A stretch of 64,000 bases of DNA from Octopus vulgaris (lineage: Eukaryota), in contig OX597815.1 of assembly GCA_951406725.2 (NCBI GenBank), forward strand, positions 19,530,001 to 19,594,000, read 5' to 3'. Shown here piece by piece: positions 28,036 to 41,518 of the stretch. Position 1 is the stretch's first letter; each line of letters starts with the position of its first letter. The translations under genes and the position numbers were made by a program. The notes beneath the pieces are model-generated. The model did no database searches. It saw only the letters and a list, made by a program, of their open reading frames with translations, and had not been told where the DNA came from.

Positions 28036-28346
28036 TACACTCACGCACATACACACACACACACGTTGTGTGTATGTGTATGCGAAACGAGAATGAGCTA
28101 AAAGAAATTACTCCATCATTAGCGTCCTCTTTCCAGCATCAAAAGTCCCAAAGCAAATCAATGAACCCTACTTATTCATTGACAACAATCCACAGCAGAA
28201 GTGTACTCCGAGGCCCGTGAGGGGATCTAGTCTTTCTCATTCGCCAATTCAACATTTGGGTTCTTGAAACATTTCTTATTACCTTCATTTTTTAAAAAGT
28301 ATTTTCATTGCAAATTAAGGCGATTTCTCCCAAGATTAATTAGTGC

Positions 28347-28630
28347 GGATCTTTTCTAAAAGAAGGACAGATTTTTCTAGTTAACTAAATAATTTGAAAC
28401 TTCGTATACTGGTAGAATGTGTCAAAATAAAACATAATTGTAAACCAAATTGAAAACGGAATTGTAATTTCTAAGTTTAACGTAGTTTAATAATTCGAAT
28501 TTTAACCAATGGTATTCTTTGTTTTGACCTCATATGATTTACTGCCTGTCAACATATTGTTACTGTGACGTAATAATAAAAAGTGCGTTGTTAATTAAGA
28601 ACATTTCACAAAAATATATAAGGTACAGGT
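28347..28630 (+). mobile_element. Degenerate copy of the 39827-40229 MITE
   Basis: Starts GGATCTTTT and shares AAACTTCGTATACTGGTAGAATGTGT; right end uncertain. Confidence 0.55.
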
Positions 28631-28883
28631 ATTCTTTATCTTCAGACAAATTCTTTGTTGACTAATGTTGTGCTAATCGTACTTTACAAATCCAAGCTTG
28701 AAAACGTTACTCAACTTAAAAGTTGCACTTATATATCAATGATGTACACAAATACATGACAGGTATACATAATACTGAAATACGCATGAAGTAAACACAT
28801 GCAAACAAATATATTAATATTACTAATTAAACAAATAATAAAACCATGCAATCTATGAAGAGACAAAAGAAACAGTAACATAT

Positions 28884-29066
28884 TACAGTTCTATATTCAA
28901 GAGATGTGGAATCATGTACATTATTTACATTATTTATATTTGACGGATATTTTTCCTCGTCTTGTTTGTTGTTAACACAACGTTTCGGCTGATATACCCT
29001 CCAGCCTTCTTCAGGTGTCTTGGGGAAATTTCAAGCCTGGGTTCTCATTCCTAAGGCTTATTCCGA

Positions 29067-29097
<31 letters not shown>

Positions 29098-29116
29098 ATT
29101 ATTATTATTATCATTA

Positions 29117-29185
<69 letters not shown>

Positions 29186-29280
29186 TCAGGTCACTGCCTG
29201 GAATCGAACTCGGAATATTGGGGTTAAGAGCGTGGGCTACTAACCCCAAGATTCCGAGTTCGATTCCAGGCAGTGACCTG

Positions 29281-29285
<5 letters not shown>
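28884..29285 (-). mobile_element. Composite SINE-like element: folded-back tRNA-like head, (AAT)n/(AAC)n spacer, hammerhead-bearing tail
   Basis: B-box GAGTTCGATTCC in both arms of palindrome 29182-29226/29241-29285; tail 28884-29066 contains an intact hammerhead core. Confidence 0.7.
28975..29018 (-). ncRNA. Minimal type I hammerhead ribozyme motif (Penelope-type), core intact
   Basis: ACAC-CTGAAGA-A-GGCTG-gagggtatat-CAGCC-GAAA-CG-TT-GTGT: stem I ACAC/GTGT, 5-bp stem II, stem III reduced to palindromic ACGT; activity not shown. Confidence 0.75.
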
Positions 29286-29337
<52 letters not shown>

Positions 29338-29477
29338 TATATACCCATAAACGTACAATTATGTTCATATACACATCATACACGTCCCTATATACACATG
29401 CACAAATATGCAGAGTGAAAGATAATGTACAGAAAAAAATATATAAAAATATATAAAACAATAAAATATATATTTCT

Positions 29478-29794
29478 TTTTCCATGTGAACCTGTGAGAT
29501 ACCCTTCAGACTTCCTTATCATGAATGACAGGGGGTTTAGAGAAAGCATAAACAACATCACAGAGAGGCTGTCTCCTTGGAATATGCCTTTGCGATATTG
29601 TATCACAAAGGCATAATACGGTTACCCTTTGTGTTTTATTTCAAGATAGTGGCCCACGATGAAGCCAGGTCAGCTATGGCTTTGACTATTCTCAGTAGAA
29701 CTTTAGCAAGTTGAAGAGCTTCTAGCAGCCATGAGTGAGGAACAGAGTCAAAGACTTTCTTGTAATTTAGCCACATTGAAACTAGGTTCCTCCT
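29478..29794 (-). pseudogene. Reverse transcriptase fragment of an R4/Dong-like non-LTR retrotransposon
   Basis: RRNLVSMWLNYKKVFDSVPHSWLLEAL..WATILK-stop, then IQYRKGIFQGDSLSVMLFMLSLNPLS; resembles WIDYKKAYDSVPHSW and GIFQGDSLSPLLF RT motifs; disrupted. Confidence 0.85.
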
Positions 29795-29798
29795 ATAC

Positions 29799-29799
<1 letters not shown>

Positions 29800-29843
<44 letters not shown>

Positions 29844-30342
29844 ATATATGTATGTATGTATGTATGTATGCATGTATGTATGTATATATGTATGTATGTA
29901 TGTATGTATTATGTATGTATGTATGTATGTATGTATGTATGAATGTATGTATGTATGCATGTATGTATGTATGTATGTATGTATGTATGTATGTATGCAT
30001 GTATGTATGTATGTATGAATGTATGTATGTATGTATGAATGTATGAATGTATGAATGTATGTATGTATGCATGTATGTATGTATGTATGAATGTATTTAT
30101 GTATGTATGTATGTATGAATGTATGAATGTATGTATGTATGAATGTATGTATGTATGTATGTATGTATGCATGTATGTATGTATGCATGTATGTATGTAT
30201 GTATGTATGTATGTATGAATGTATGTATGTATGTATGAATGTATGTATGCATGTGTGTATGTACGCATGTATGTATGTGTGTGTGTGTGTCTGTGAGTAT
30301 ATATATATGCATATGTATATGTATAAATACATACATACAAAC

Positions 30343-30378
<36 letters not shown>

Positions 30379-30380
30379 AT
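29800..30380. repeat. (TCTG)n and long (TATG)n microsatellite
   Basis: Directly visible. Confidence 0.97.
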
Positions 30381-30987
30381 AATGATATAGATTTAATTTA
30401 TAAGAATGATGACGACAGTGACTTCGAAGTTTCAGCCTGCTAGCCATGATCAGACTGTCAGGCAAGAGAACTGAAACTCCAAAGTCAGTTTCACTGCTTT
30501 TCTTCTAGCACTATAATAAATATGTACTTTAAGAAAGTATTGAGTAACCCTTCACTCTAAATAAAATAGTTTTACGGTAATTCGATATAAAAGCAATTAT
30601 ATGCACGTACACTCACATACACACTTACACAAACACACACATGCACACACACACACATATTAACATATGTATGTATACGTGCATGTATGTATGCATGTGT
30701 GTATGTATGTATACATATATGCAAATGCCATTATGCAAAATGTCCACAAAAAAAATGCTTGTTTCTATTTACTCTGATATTGTTATGAACATCACAACAT
30801 CCTTCAAACAGATACACTGCGGTTTCCTGAGTTATAGATAAATCATTATTGAACACGATTACTTTTAACAAAATCATTACCCACCAACACTCTTCTTCAC
30901 CTCCTCAGCTCCCGTTTTTATTCCTCCGTTTCTCTCTATCCCTTTTCAATCTTTTATACCATCACTTCTAGAACATATCTTTATTAC

Positions 30988-31142
30988 TGACAACAAGTTG
31001 GCCAACTGTCCATTATGGCTGATATTTTGATTTGTCCCTATTAACCGGCTTAAAGCAGTTAATTATAGACACTGTTAGCTTTCATCCTTTCTGTCAGCCA
31101 TCACTGTCAGACTGTACTGCTAAATTGCTTTGATCATCGCTC
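30988..31142. repeat. Right arm of the 155-bp long-range inverted repeat
   Basis: Reverse complement of 27253-27407, 149/155. Confidence 0.95.
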
Positions 31143-31813
31143 TGATAGAGAGACGAAGCAAACGAGGGAAAGAAAAGATATAAAAGAACTGGAGAATGAA
31201 GCAATCGGTGGTAGTGGTGGTGGTGGTTGTGGTTGGGGTTTAGAACGACGTGAAAGGGTGGGAGAAGTTTAAATCAAACAATCCTAAAATTGATAAGATG
31301 GTCACAAATGATGCTGAATAAGTAGCCAGCAAGCGATCATTATGTCGGGCTACACTAGCGAAAACATTATAATAACTATAATTAGTCTCCACCAACAAAA
31401 TGTATTTTCTCAACGATTTTCAAGCAATATTATTTCAACTTGGTATTAATTCATTGAAATTAATTTTATATTTTTATTCCTATATTTTATATTTAAAACG
31501 TTTGTTTTCATCCAAACACTAGCAGACGATAACGCCATCTTGCCATATTGATTTCTTAGGTATATTGCCAATTTTGTATACGGTTATAAAAGCATAGGTA
31601 GCTTATATCAACAGTAGTGTATTGACTCGTATATCAGGTCATTTGATGTCATAGAAATAGCAGCTACATTTTCATCAAACTGTACACTTTCTCTTTTAAC
31701 AAGAATGGACAATATAGTTCCTGATTAATACGAGCAGACCAAATAGTCATGACTGAAATTCCTTTGTCCTACGTCTGCTCAATCAAACTTAAAGGGAAAC
31801 ATTAACTTTATAT

Positions 31814-31885
<72 letters not shown>

Positions 31886-32663
31886 CATACATACACACAC
31901 GCACGCACACACACACACATACACACACGAATATATATATACATATACATATATAGTATCGACCCTGTCGGATTAAAGGTAAGATCGACCCTAGTTGTTG
32001 ATCTGTAATCTATCGATGAACATAGTTATGGCGTATGCACTGGAAACTATTTTAAAGCATTTTAATAGATTGCTGTCTGAAAATGTTTACATAAAGCTTG
32101 ATAATTGAAACTGTCCATACAGAATCTAAGATTTAGTATTGATTTATTGCTTGGACCATATATTTTTATACGAGGAATAAAATCGCTTCCCCTTAATGCC
32201 TTTCTCAAGTACATTAATGACATGAACAGGAAATCAAATCCGGATTGGGTACAGGGTTAGCAGAGTACTTACCCAATTGCTGAAGTAAATATTAACGAGT
32301 ACTGAGACGCCAGTGGTTTATTACTGACAACTCGTTCAATGTTCCCAGCGTTAGTTAATGTTTGCTTTGCTAGAATTTCCGAATACATCAATAATAAAAC
32401 GAAAATCGCAGCTTGATTGTCGAATTATAGCGGGACTCAACTTTGATTAATTGACAGTAAGTAATAGTCAAATACTTAATAGCTAATATTAAACTGATAA
32501 CAGTAACCATCTGTGATATATAGTCAATATAATATTCTTTGGTGTTTTTTAATGAATTGTTTGAATTGTTCGGAGATTTTGTGAAAACTTAATGAATCAC
32601 TTGACGTTCTTGTCGTAGAATATTACATTTTGTTTACTATGATTTCAATTTCGAGTTTCATTA

Positions 32664-32765
32664 TGCCTGGAATCGAACTCGGAATCTTAGGATTAATAGC
32701 CCGCTCTATTAACCCCAAGATTCCGAGTTCGATTCCAGGCAGTGACTTGAATAATAATAATAATG

Positions 32766-32831
<66 letters not shown>

Positions 32832-32867
32832 GTAATAATAATAATGATGATGATGATGATGATGATG

Positions 32868-32900
<33 letters not shown>

Positions 32901-32933
32901 GTAATAATAATAATGATGATGATGATGATGATG

Positions 32934-32978
<45 letters not shown>

Positions 32979-33008
32979 GTAATAATAATAATAATGATGA
33001 TGATGATG

Positions 33009-33063
<55 letters not shown>
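32664..33063 (+). mobile_element. Second folded-back tRNA-like head followed by a compound (AAT)n/(GAT)n tract; tail absent
   Basis: Arms 32664-32699/32706-32741 (34/36); same sequence family as 29182-29285. Confidence 0.75.
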
Positions 33064-33065
<2 letters not shown>

Positions 33066-33478
33066 TGGTTGTTAAACATTTACTTCACATTTCTCTGGTG
33101 TTTTTTTTTTTGTTGTTGTTATTCTTTAACTTGCCATCAGCACTGATAGAGCAGACTCATAATCAAAGGTGTTCTAGCCGTGACTGCCTCATTTTTTATT
33201 CTCGTAGTGTGCATCTAGTGTGACGCTGTTGTACGTCACTTTTATAATGGGAAGAAAGGTGTGAACTCTGGTAGATTTGGCTGCTATTTCTAACAGTAGG
33301 TGAACTTATGGTCGTTCCTTCCTTAGATGCTACGTTATTGTAGCAGGCATACTAAAGCGTAAGGGTAAATACTAAACGATCACTATTCATTTTCTTGTTC
33401 ACATTGTTTACTTAGTATACGTAAACTGTTAACAAAATAGTATTTAACAAAGTTGAAAATGTTTACTATTCAAAAATC

Positions 33479-34098
33479 GGAAAGACTTCCGCCCATGCCC
33501 CTAGCCATTTTCTCCCAAATTTGTTTATTTTTCATTTATTTATTTTTTTTTTCGCCAAAAATTCCCGTTTTCGGATACGGATGTTCCGGATAATTGCCAA
33601 AAATCGGTATTGTAAAATTTTTTCCCCACTTCCCCACCAAATTCTTCAATTTTGACTTTTACCCCCTCACTAACCTTTACCCTAACCTTAAACCTAAAAT
33701 CCTAACCCTAACCCTAAAACCCTAACCTTAAATCCCTAACCCTGTAAGTACAGAATGTTTTGAAAATCTTTTCCGAATCATAATGTCCGTATTTTTCCGC
33801 ATACATAGAAAACAAAAGAATTCTTTAAAAATAATTTTACAAAACTTTTTGGATATTTTTTTTCAGAATCATAATCTCCGTATTTTACCACATATTTTGA
33901 AAAAAAAACATTTCTGAGAAAATTATAAATTAAAGGAAATGAGGGTTGGGAGTGGGGGTAATTTTAAAATGCCGATTTTTGCCAGTTTTTGTTTTCCACA
34001 TTCGTATTCCCCGTACCCGAAAAGGTGGGTATGTGTCGAAAAAAACATTTTTTATAAGGGATAGTTTTTTGGGGTGGGGGGACAGGTGGAAGTCTTGC
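33479..34098. mobile_element. TIR MITE with 9-bp TSD (MULE-like) and internal CCCTAA-like repeats
   Basis: TSD TCAAAAATC at 33470-33478 and 34099-34107; imperfect TIR AAGACTTCC(G/A)CC; internal direct repeat GAATCATAATxTCCGTATTTT. Confidence 0.75.
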
Positions 34099-34166
34099 TC
34101 AAAAATCTTGAAAAATTGATCAGTGATAAGGATGATAAAGAAACCTTTACTTTATCATAAACAAAT

Positions 34167-34377
34167 GTATTTCTCTACTACCCACAAGGGGCTAAACACA
34201 GAGCGGACAAACAAGGACAGACAAACGGATCAAGTCGATTATATCGACACCAGTGCGTAACTGGTACTTAATTTATCGACCCCGAAAGGATGAAAGGCAA
34301 AGTCGACCTCGGCGGAATTTGAACCCAGAACGCAACGGTAGACGATATACGGCTAAGCATTTCGCCCGGCGTGCTAA
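34167..34377 (-). mobile_element. SINE family B, slightly 5'-truncated
   Basis: 16-bp TSD TTTATCATAAA(C/T)AAAT at 34151-34166 and 34378-34393. Confidence 0.92.
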
Positions 34378-34980
34378 TTTATCATAAATAAATAGTTTCA
34401 TTTCATTTACGTTCCTTAACAGTTTACAACTCTTCAACTGCGTCATCAATTACAAAGTTAACTTTCGCCAGAGACCCATGTTCTAACAACATAGATATAT
34501 ACAGAATAGATAAACGATAGTAATAAGATTCCACATAAAAATTTCAATTAAACTTCAATGATTGCTAGAAGGTAGCTATAAAAGGTGATTACTGTAGTTT
34601 AATAAAAGCATTCTATAATTGCTTGATTAGAAAGAGACTTAGCGTGTTCCAAACAGTATTTTTTGTTCTCAACTTTTAACTCTGATATTTATCATACTTC
34701 AATGACCTGTTCGGATTTCTGATGAGGAGATATTGACATAATACTAGATATTCATTGAATGTTTAGACTTGATACTTATGAGAAAGTATTAGTTTGTACG
34801 TAAATATGTAGAAAATCTCCTGATGTAAATGTTAATAGAAAATTTTATCCATGTACGAAATCTCAAATTAAATTTTCGAGGCATTTGTAATGAATGGCAA
34901 TATAGGAAATCAGAGAAAACTGTAAATCTTTACGAGTCTACATTAAGCCTAAAGCTTAGCTCGCTTTCAAAAGTGTGCAC

Positions 34981-35041
34981 TCATAATTATTTGACTCATA
35001 ATCATTTGACTCATAATCATTTGACTCATAAATCATTTGAC
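34981..35041. repeat. Four copies of the 15-bp unit TCATAATCATTTGAC
   Basis: Directly visible; junctions form TGACTCA three times. Confidence 0.9.
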
Positions 35042-35149
35042 GAGAAAATATGATTACCATTGAGAAGATAGGGTAGTTTTTAATCAGGACGAATATACTA
35101 TCAATATATCAATTTATAACTATATCGATGCTGTTGTTGTAGTTGTTGC

Positions 35150-35183
<34 letters not shown>

Positions 35184-35323
35184 CTTCTTCTTCTTCTTCT
35201 TCTTCTTCTTCTTCTTCTTCTTCTTCTTCTTCTTCTTCTTCTTCTTCTTCTCCTCCTCCTCCTCCTCCCCCTTCTTCTTCTTTTTCTTTTTAAGGTTATT
35301 ATTATTATTATTATTATTATTAA

Positions 35324-35357
<34 letters not shown>

Positions 35358-35411
35358 GCCGTTGTTGTTGTTGTTGATGTTGCTGCTGCTGTTGTTTTTG
35401 TGTGTTGTTAT

Positions 35412-35804
35412 TGAGTGAATGAGAGCAGCAGCGCGTGCCATCAAAGTGACATTGGGGTACAAATACACGGAGCCTAATATACCCATCATGACTACCCGTC
35501 TGATAAGGGAACACAAGCACATGCATCACAACAATATGCGCGTGACACAAAGACCTCAAATGGCGTGTGACCTTGCAAGTGGGGCCCACTTAGAATTTTC
35601 TTCAGGTTGAGTAGCCCATCCCGCTCAAAACGTCCCTAATTAAAGGTTATTTAAGGACGATGAACGAAACACGCATGTTACGAGAGCTTACTTACGCAAA
35701 CCCCAAAGAATTCCTTTCAACATATGGCTATGATGCCCCCCCACCACTACTTCTGCCCATGGTCAGATATACACATATCGTCAACCACTAAGGGACATGC
35801 TCAA
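35412..35804 (-). mobile_element. Family E element between trinucleotide tracts; further fragment at 36082-36141
   Basis: Homologous to 19971-20365 with different internal deletions. Confidence 0.75.
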
Positions 35805-35873
35805 TCACCATCTCCACCACCATCACCATCATCATCACCATCATCGTCATCATCACCATCATCATCACCGTCG

Positions 35874-35929
<56 letters not shown>

Positions 35930-36080
35930 TCCACCATCACCATCATCATCATCATCACCATCATCATCATTATCCTCCTCCTCCTCCTCCTCCTCCTCAT
36001 CATCATCATCATCATCATCATCATCACCACCACCACCACCACTACCATCATCATCAGCATCATCATTATGATTATTATTA
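35805..36080. repeat. (CAT)n/(CAC)n/(CCT)n tract
   Basis: Directly visible; source of the poly-His/Ser/Met ORFs. Confidence 0.95.
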
Positions 36081-36319
36081 TTGAGTGAGAGAGCTGCAAA
36101 GTGATGCTGGGGTTACAGATATACGAAACCCATCATGGCTAAATAGATTCAAGCTGAGAATGAAGCTGTGACAGAGACGTTACATTTGACTCGGTTGCAC
36201 CCAGCATATTAGATTCCTTCTAACTAGTGAAACGTGTATCGCCTCCCAACCATGTACTTTAATGGCTTCAACGAACATTGAAATTACGATTGTAACTCCA
36301 TTTAACCGGTGCATTGTCT

Positions 36320-37350
36320 GAATCGTTAGAGCATCCGACGTTGCTGCGTTTAGTTAAGGCTGTTTAAGTTCGTAGTTCAAATCATGCTGACGATAGTTTT
36401 GTTTTTCAACTTTACAGGGTCGATAAAATAAAGTACCAATCTAATACCTGAATGAATCGAATTAATAATATTTACATCTTGCTCTAAAAGCACTTGGCAA
36501 ATGTCAGCTACAGAGATTGCATTGTTAATTTGGGAGTATTATTCAGTATTGTTAAGTACTGACCTTGTTATGTAAAGTAGAGAATGCCATAAACTATTGC
36601 TGAATACTCGCCTTATTAAACAGATTGCTGAAATAGGACTACAGAATATTGCAGCTCACGTTATTATATAACCTGGAGCGTTCAGACAAAATTACTTGCA
36701 ATATTTGTTCCTGTTCATTGCATTTTCAGATCAAAACCCACCGAGGTTAACTTTGTCTTTCATCCTTTCGGAATGAATAAAATAAAGTATCTCTCAAAAA
36801 CTGGGTCGATTTAATCAACTAGCCTCAACCCAACAAGATTCTTCTAGTTGTAATCTAAATAAGAAACATTTCGAATTGTAAGTTTAATGGTGTTGGAATA
36901 TTCCTCCTTAAACTTACAAACTACGCTTACCGTATTTATTCTGGCTCTTTACATCCGGAGTTCAATCATCACCAAGGTTTGTAGTTCAATAAAATAAACT
37001 ACCAGTCTTGTACTGTGATCGATGGTATTATATAATGCTTTTGCGACAAAATTGCTGGCTCTGTACCTCAATTAGAAACGACTATTTTGGGCATAAGATT
37101 GACAGAAACGTTTGAGCCTCGGACAAAACACGTTGTAATATTTATATCTAATCCCAACGATATCAATGTTGCCTACCATCTCTGCGGGGTCGATACATTG
37201 TAGTACCAGTCAGGTACTGGTATCGATGCAATTTGACTATCCACTTCTCAAAATAATTACTGGTCTTTTGCTTAAATCCATAGCAATTATTATTCCAGTG
37301 ATGGCTGACCGAATCCGTTAAACACCGAACTAAATGCTTTGCAGTATGTA
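36320..37350 (+). mobile_element. Cluster of about four old, degenerate SINE B copies in the same orientation
   Basis: Recurring GTTCAAATC / TTTCATCCTTTCGG / GGGTCGAT / AAATAAAGTAC / CTGGxCTTGTGC-like blocks near 36370, 36740, 36960 and 37185. Confidence 0.55.
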
Positions 37351-37569
37351 GTTACACACCTCTAATCTCGAAGCTCTTGTTGACTTTTAGCTGTATGACC
37401 ATTGGTAGATAAGATATGTCCTAGCCAAGTCCACCTGCCTGGCCATTGAGTCACCTTTGGCACGGTCTTCTCTGTTGCTTGTTATAGGGACGAAGTTTTC
37501 GAGCTGAGGATAATTATACATTTTCATGTGCTTTTTGGTTATTCTTATACTGCGGTACAAATATATGCT

Positions 37570-38860
<1,291 letters not shown>

Positions 38861-39826
38861 CATTGTTTGCTTACTGTTGTCCATCTACATTCCCACACCA
38901 AGTTACAATCATTAAACTCGACTCTATTTTTCTCGCCATCTTATCTCACAGAATATAAATATACATTTGAATTTACATCCGAAATAAGTCTATAGGATAG
39001 CAATAGCAACGCACACAAAAAAAAAGAAATAATATAAAGGCTTCTTGATTGAAATAATTTAGAATTAACAGAAGAAAGAAATCTGTCTATTGATTTTAGA
39101 GTTGGCGCTAACTCCAACAAAATGTCAATATCAATAGATGATGTTCGCTTCAAGCATGTTGGTCACTGGCCGCAACTCTGCTGATCATAAAAGAAAGAGT
39201 TATGTCCCTTGAGAGCAATAATTATATGAAATTGTTTAATATAGTTTTATTGTCTTGCAGCAATATATATACTGGGGGCAAAGTATTTTTGTTTTTTACT
39301 GATAACTCCTTGTAGTTTGTTGGTAATTGATACCAATACTTCTTTAATCATACATTTATAATCATATCAAATAAATATAGTACAAAGTAGACGCATATTT
39401 AAAATTTATTATTTAGTAATGACCTGGCATTAGTCAGACTTAATATAATGTAATATAGTAGTCTATACTGGGACGGTTATTATCACTTATATAGTTATCT
39501 GTATATGACAGGTTCATCTCCGGTCGTCCCTCTGTGATGAAAGACAAAGTTTGTCAACTTCTACAAAGTTTATAGATATTGTGTCTGTGATAAAAAAATA
39601 ATACAATGAATTGTAGTATTTTAGCTTATAATATATTAAATATTTCGAGAACAATTTTTGACTGAGGTGGATTAGATTTGGAAATTGATATTGGTACATT
39701 TCATAACAGTAATTGTAATGTTAAAGATTTGCCAAATGTTATCCAAATACTATTGTAAAAATACCTCTTGTTATGCTAACTTTTAGAACTGATACTTTTA
39801 TGAAGTGGCTTAATATTATTAAAATG

Positions 39827-40229
39827 GGATATTTTCGGTTTGAACGGCAGTTTTTAACATAATTTTTTGGTAACTAAAAAATGTTAAACTTCGTATACTG
39901 GTAGAATGTGTATATAAAACATCTTTTTCTCTTGGCTTTATTGAGAAAATTCTATAGTTTGTAAGATATTTGTTGTTTTTTTTCATCAATTTCTGCAATT
40001 TCAACCAATCACTGACGTCCATTGAAGTAATCAACATTCTGTGCCGTATGAATATGTCCCTCGTTTAAGAAACAGATCGGGTTGATTTACATTTCTGAAG
40101 AAAAAAAGATACCCTTCCCTAACCCTAAAATAGATTGAAATGCAATAGATCGATACTAGGGTCATAATTATGGGTGACAATTTCATATGACACCGCAAGC
40201 AAAAACTGCCGTTCAAACCGTAAAGATCC
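39827..40229. mobile_element. TIR MITE, 403 bp, 8-bp TSD
   Basis: 29-bp TIR GGAT(A/C)TTT(T/A)CGGTTTGAACGGCAGTTTTT; TSD TTAAAATG at 39819-39826 and 40230-40237. Confidence 0.88.
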
Positions 40230-40623
40230 TTAAAATGTTATGAAAATGATAATATTAACGGAGTACAGTCCCTTCCGTTTTCATGGTTGATATAACCGAA
40301 GATTCCATTTAATTACATGTAATTGAAATTTTTAGTAACTAACCGGATAAGAATAAAAGAGTACTGATATTATACATTACCCCAACATAAGATTAGACTA
40401 TAAGTTAAACTTCGATAGTCTGTAAACCTTTATCTGTCCTTTATAACACATGTGATACACAGGACGTATTTCTCGAGGGTCCATGCATCATATACGATTA
40501 CACATCCTTTCTATTTTCATTTCTTTTCTCTTTCTATTTATTTTTTCACCTCGGGCGTAACTTGGGGCTTTATGAAGGGAAAGCTTTATATTACTGAGAA
40601 CATATAAAAACAAAGTTTAACTA

Positions 40624-40783
40624 GAGTGGCTGTGTGGTAAGTAGCTCGTTTACCAACCATGTGGTTCCGGGTTCAGTCCCACTGCGTGGCACTTTGGGCA
40701 AGTGTCTTCTACTATAGCTTCGGGTCGACCAAAACCTTGTGAGTGGATTTTTAGTAGACGGAAACTGAAAGAATCCCGTCCTA

Positions 40784-40856
<73 letters not shown>

Positions 40857-41080
40857 ATATGTTTGTGTGTTTGTATTCCCCGACCCACAACATCGCTTGA
40901 TGCTGGTGTGTTTACTTCACCGTAACTTAGCGGTTCGGCAAAAGAGACCCGACAGAATAAGTACTAGGCTTACAAAGAATAAGTCCTGGGGTCGATTTGC
41001 TCGACTAAAGGCGGTGCTCCAGCATGACCACAGTCAAATGACTGAAACAAGTAAAAGAGTAAAAGAGTAAAAGAGCAAAA
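40624..41080 (+). mobile_element. SINE family A
   Basis: Same head, internal (TA)n(TG)n and AAAAGAGT tail as the other A copies. Confidence 0.92.
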
Positions 41081-41518
41081 GTTTTAAAACAAACATGAAC
41101 GTTTAGAATAAACTAATTCCTGGTCAGGCAAGGGATTTATTCATTGAATTAAAGACATCTTTACAAATGACTTGTAAATATTTTTTGAGAGTTCTTTGTA
41201 AACATGAAATATTGAATACTGTCACTGTATCACACCATGAAAATGGAAGCTTCCAGAAACAGTGTATGCAATTACCATATCCTACAAGCAGTTTCTCTTA
41301 TTTATGTATTAACAAAAATACTGTAGACGCTCTTCATTTCGCTTGTGTTGGTTACTTTATTGTATTTTATGGGAAAACTAACGAAAGTTTTTTAGTAGAA
41401 GAAACTTTTTTCAGCAACAAAGTCTAGAAATTGATAACTTTTCATATTAGTAGAAAGTCATGATTTGGTATGGGAGTGCTAAAGTTGATTCAATAAGTCC
41501 TAGTGCATAACTGGTATT

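Noticed and set aside
29182-29285. Pre-miRNA-like hairpins (also 32664-32741 and 50724-50827)
   Set aside because: Arms are near-perfect copies of SINE sequence; no recognisable mature miRNA.
32630-33223. 197-aa Asn/Asp-rich ORF resembling a biomineral or low-complexity protein
   Set aside because: N-terminus is the SINE head palindrome and the body is an (AAT)n/(GAT)n tract.
33668-33743. Telomere or chromosome fusion site
   Set aside because: Degenerate CCCTAA repeats lie inside a TIR element with a TSD.
35724-36099. Poly-His/Ser/Met ORFs
   Set aside because: (CAT)n tract between two family E retroelement pieces.
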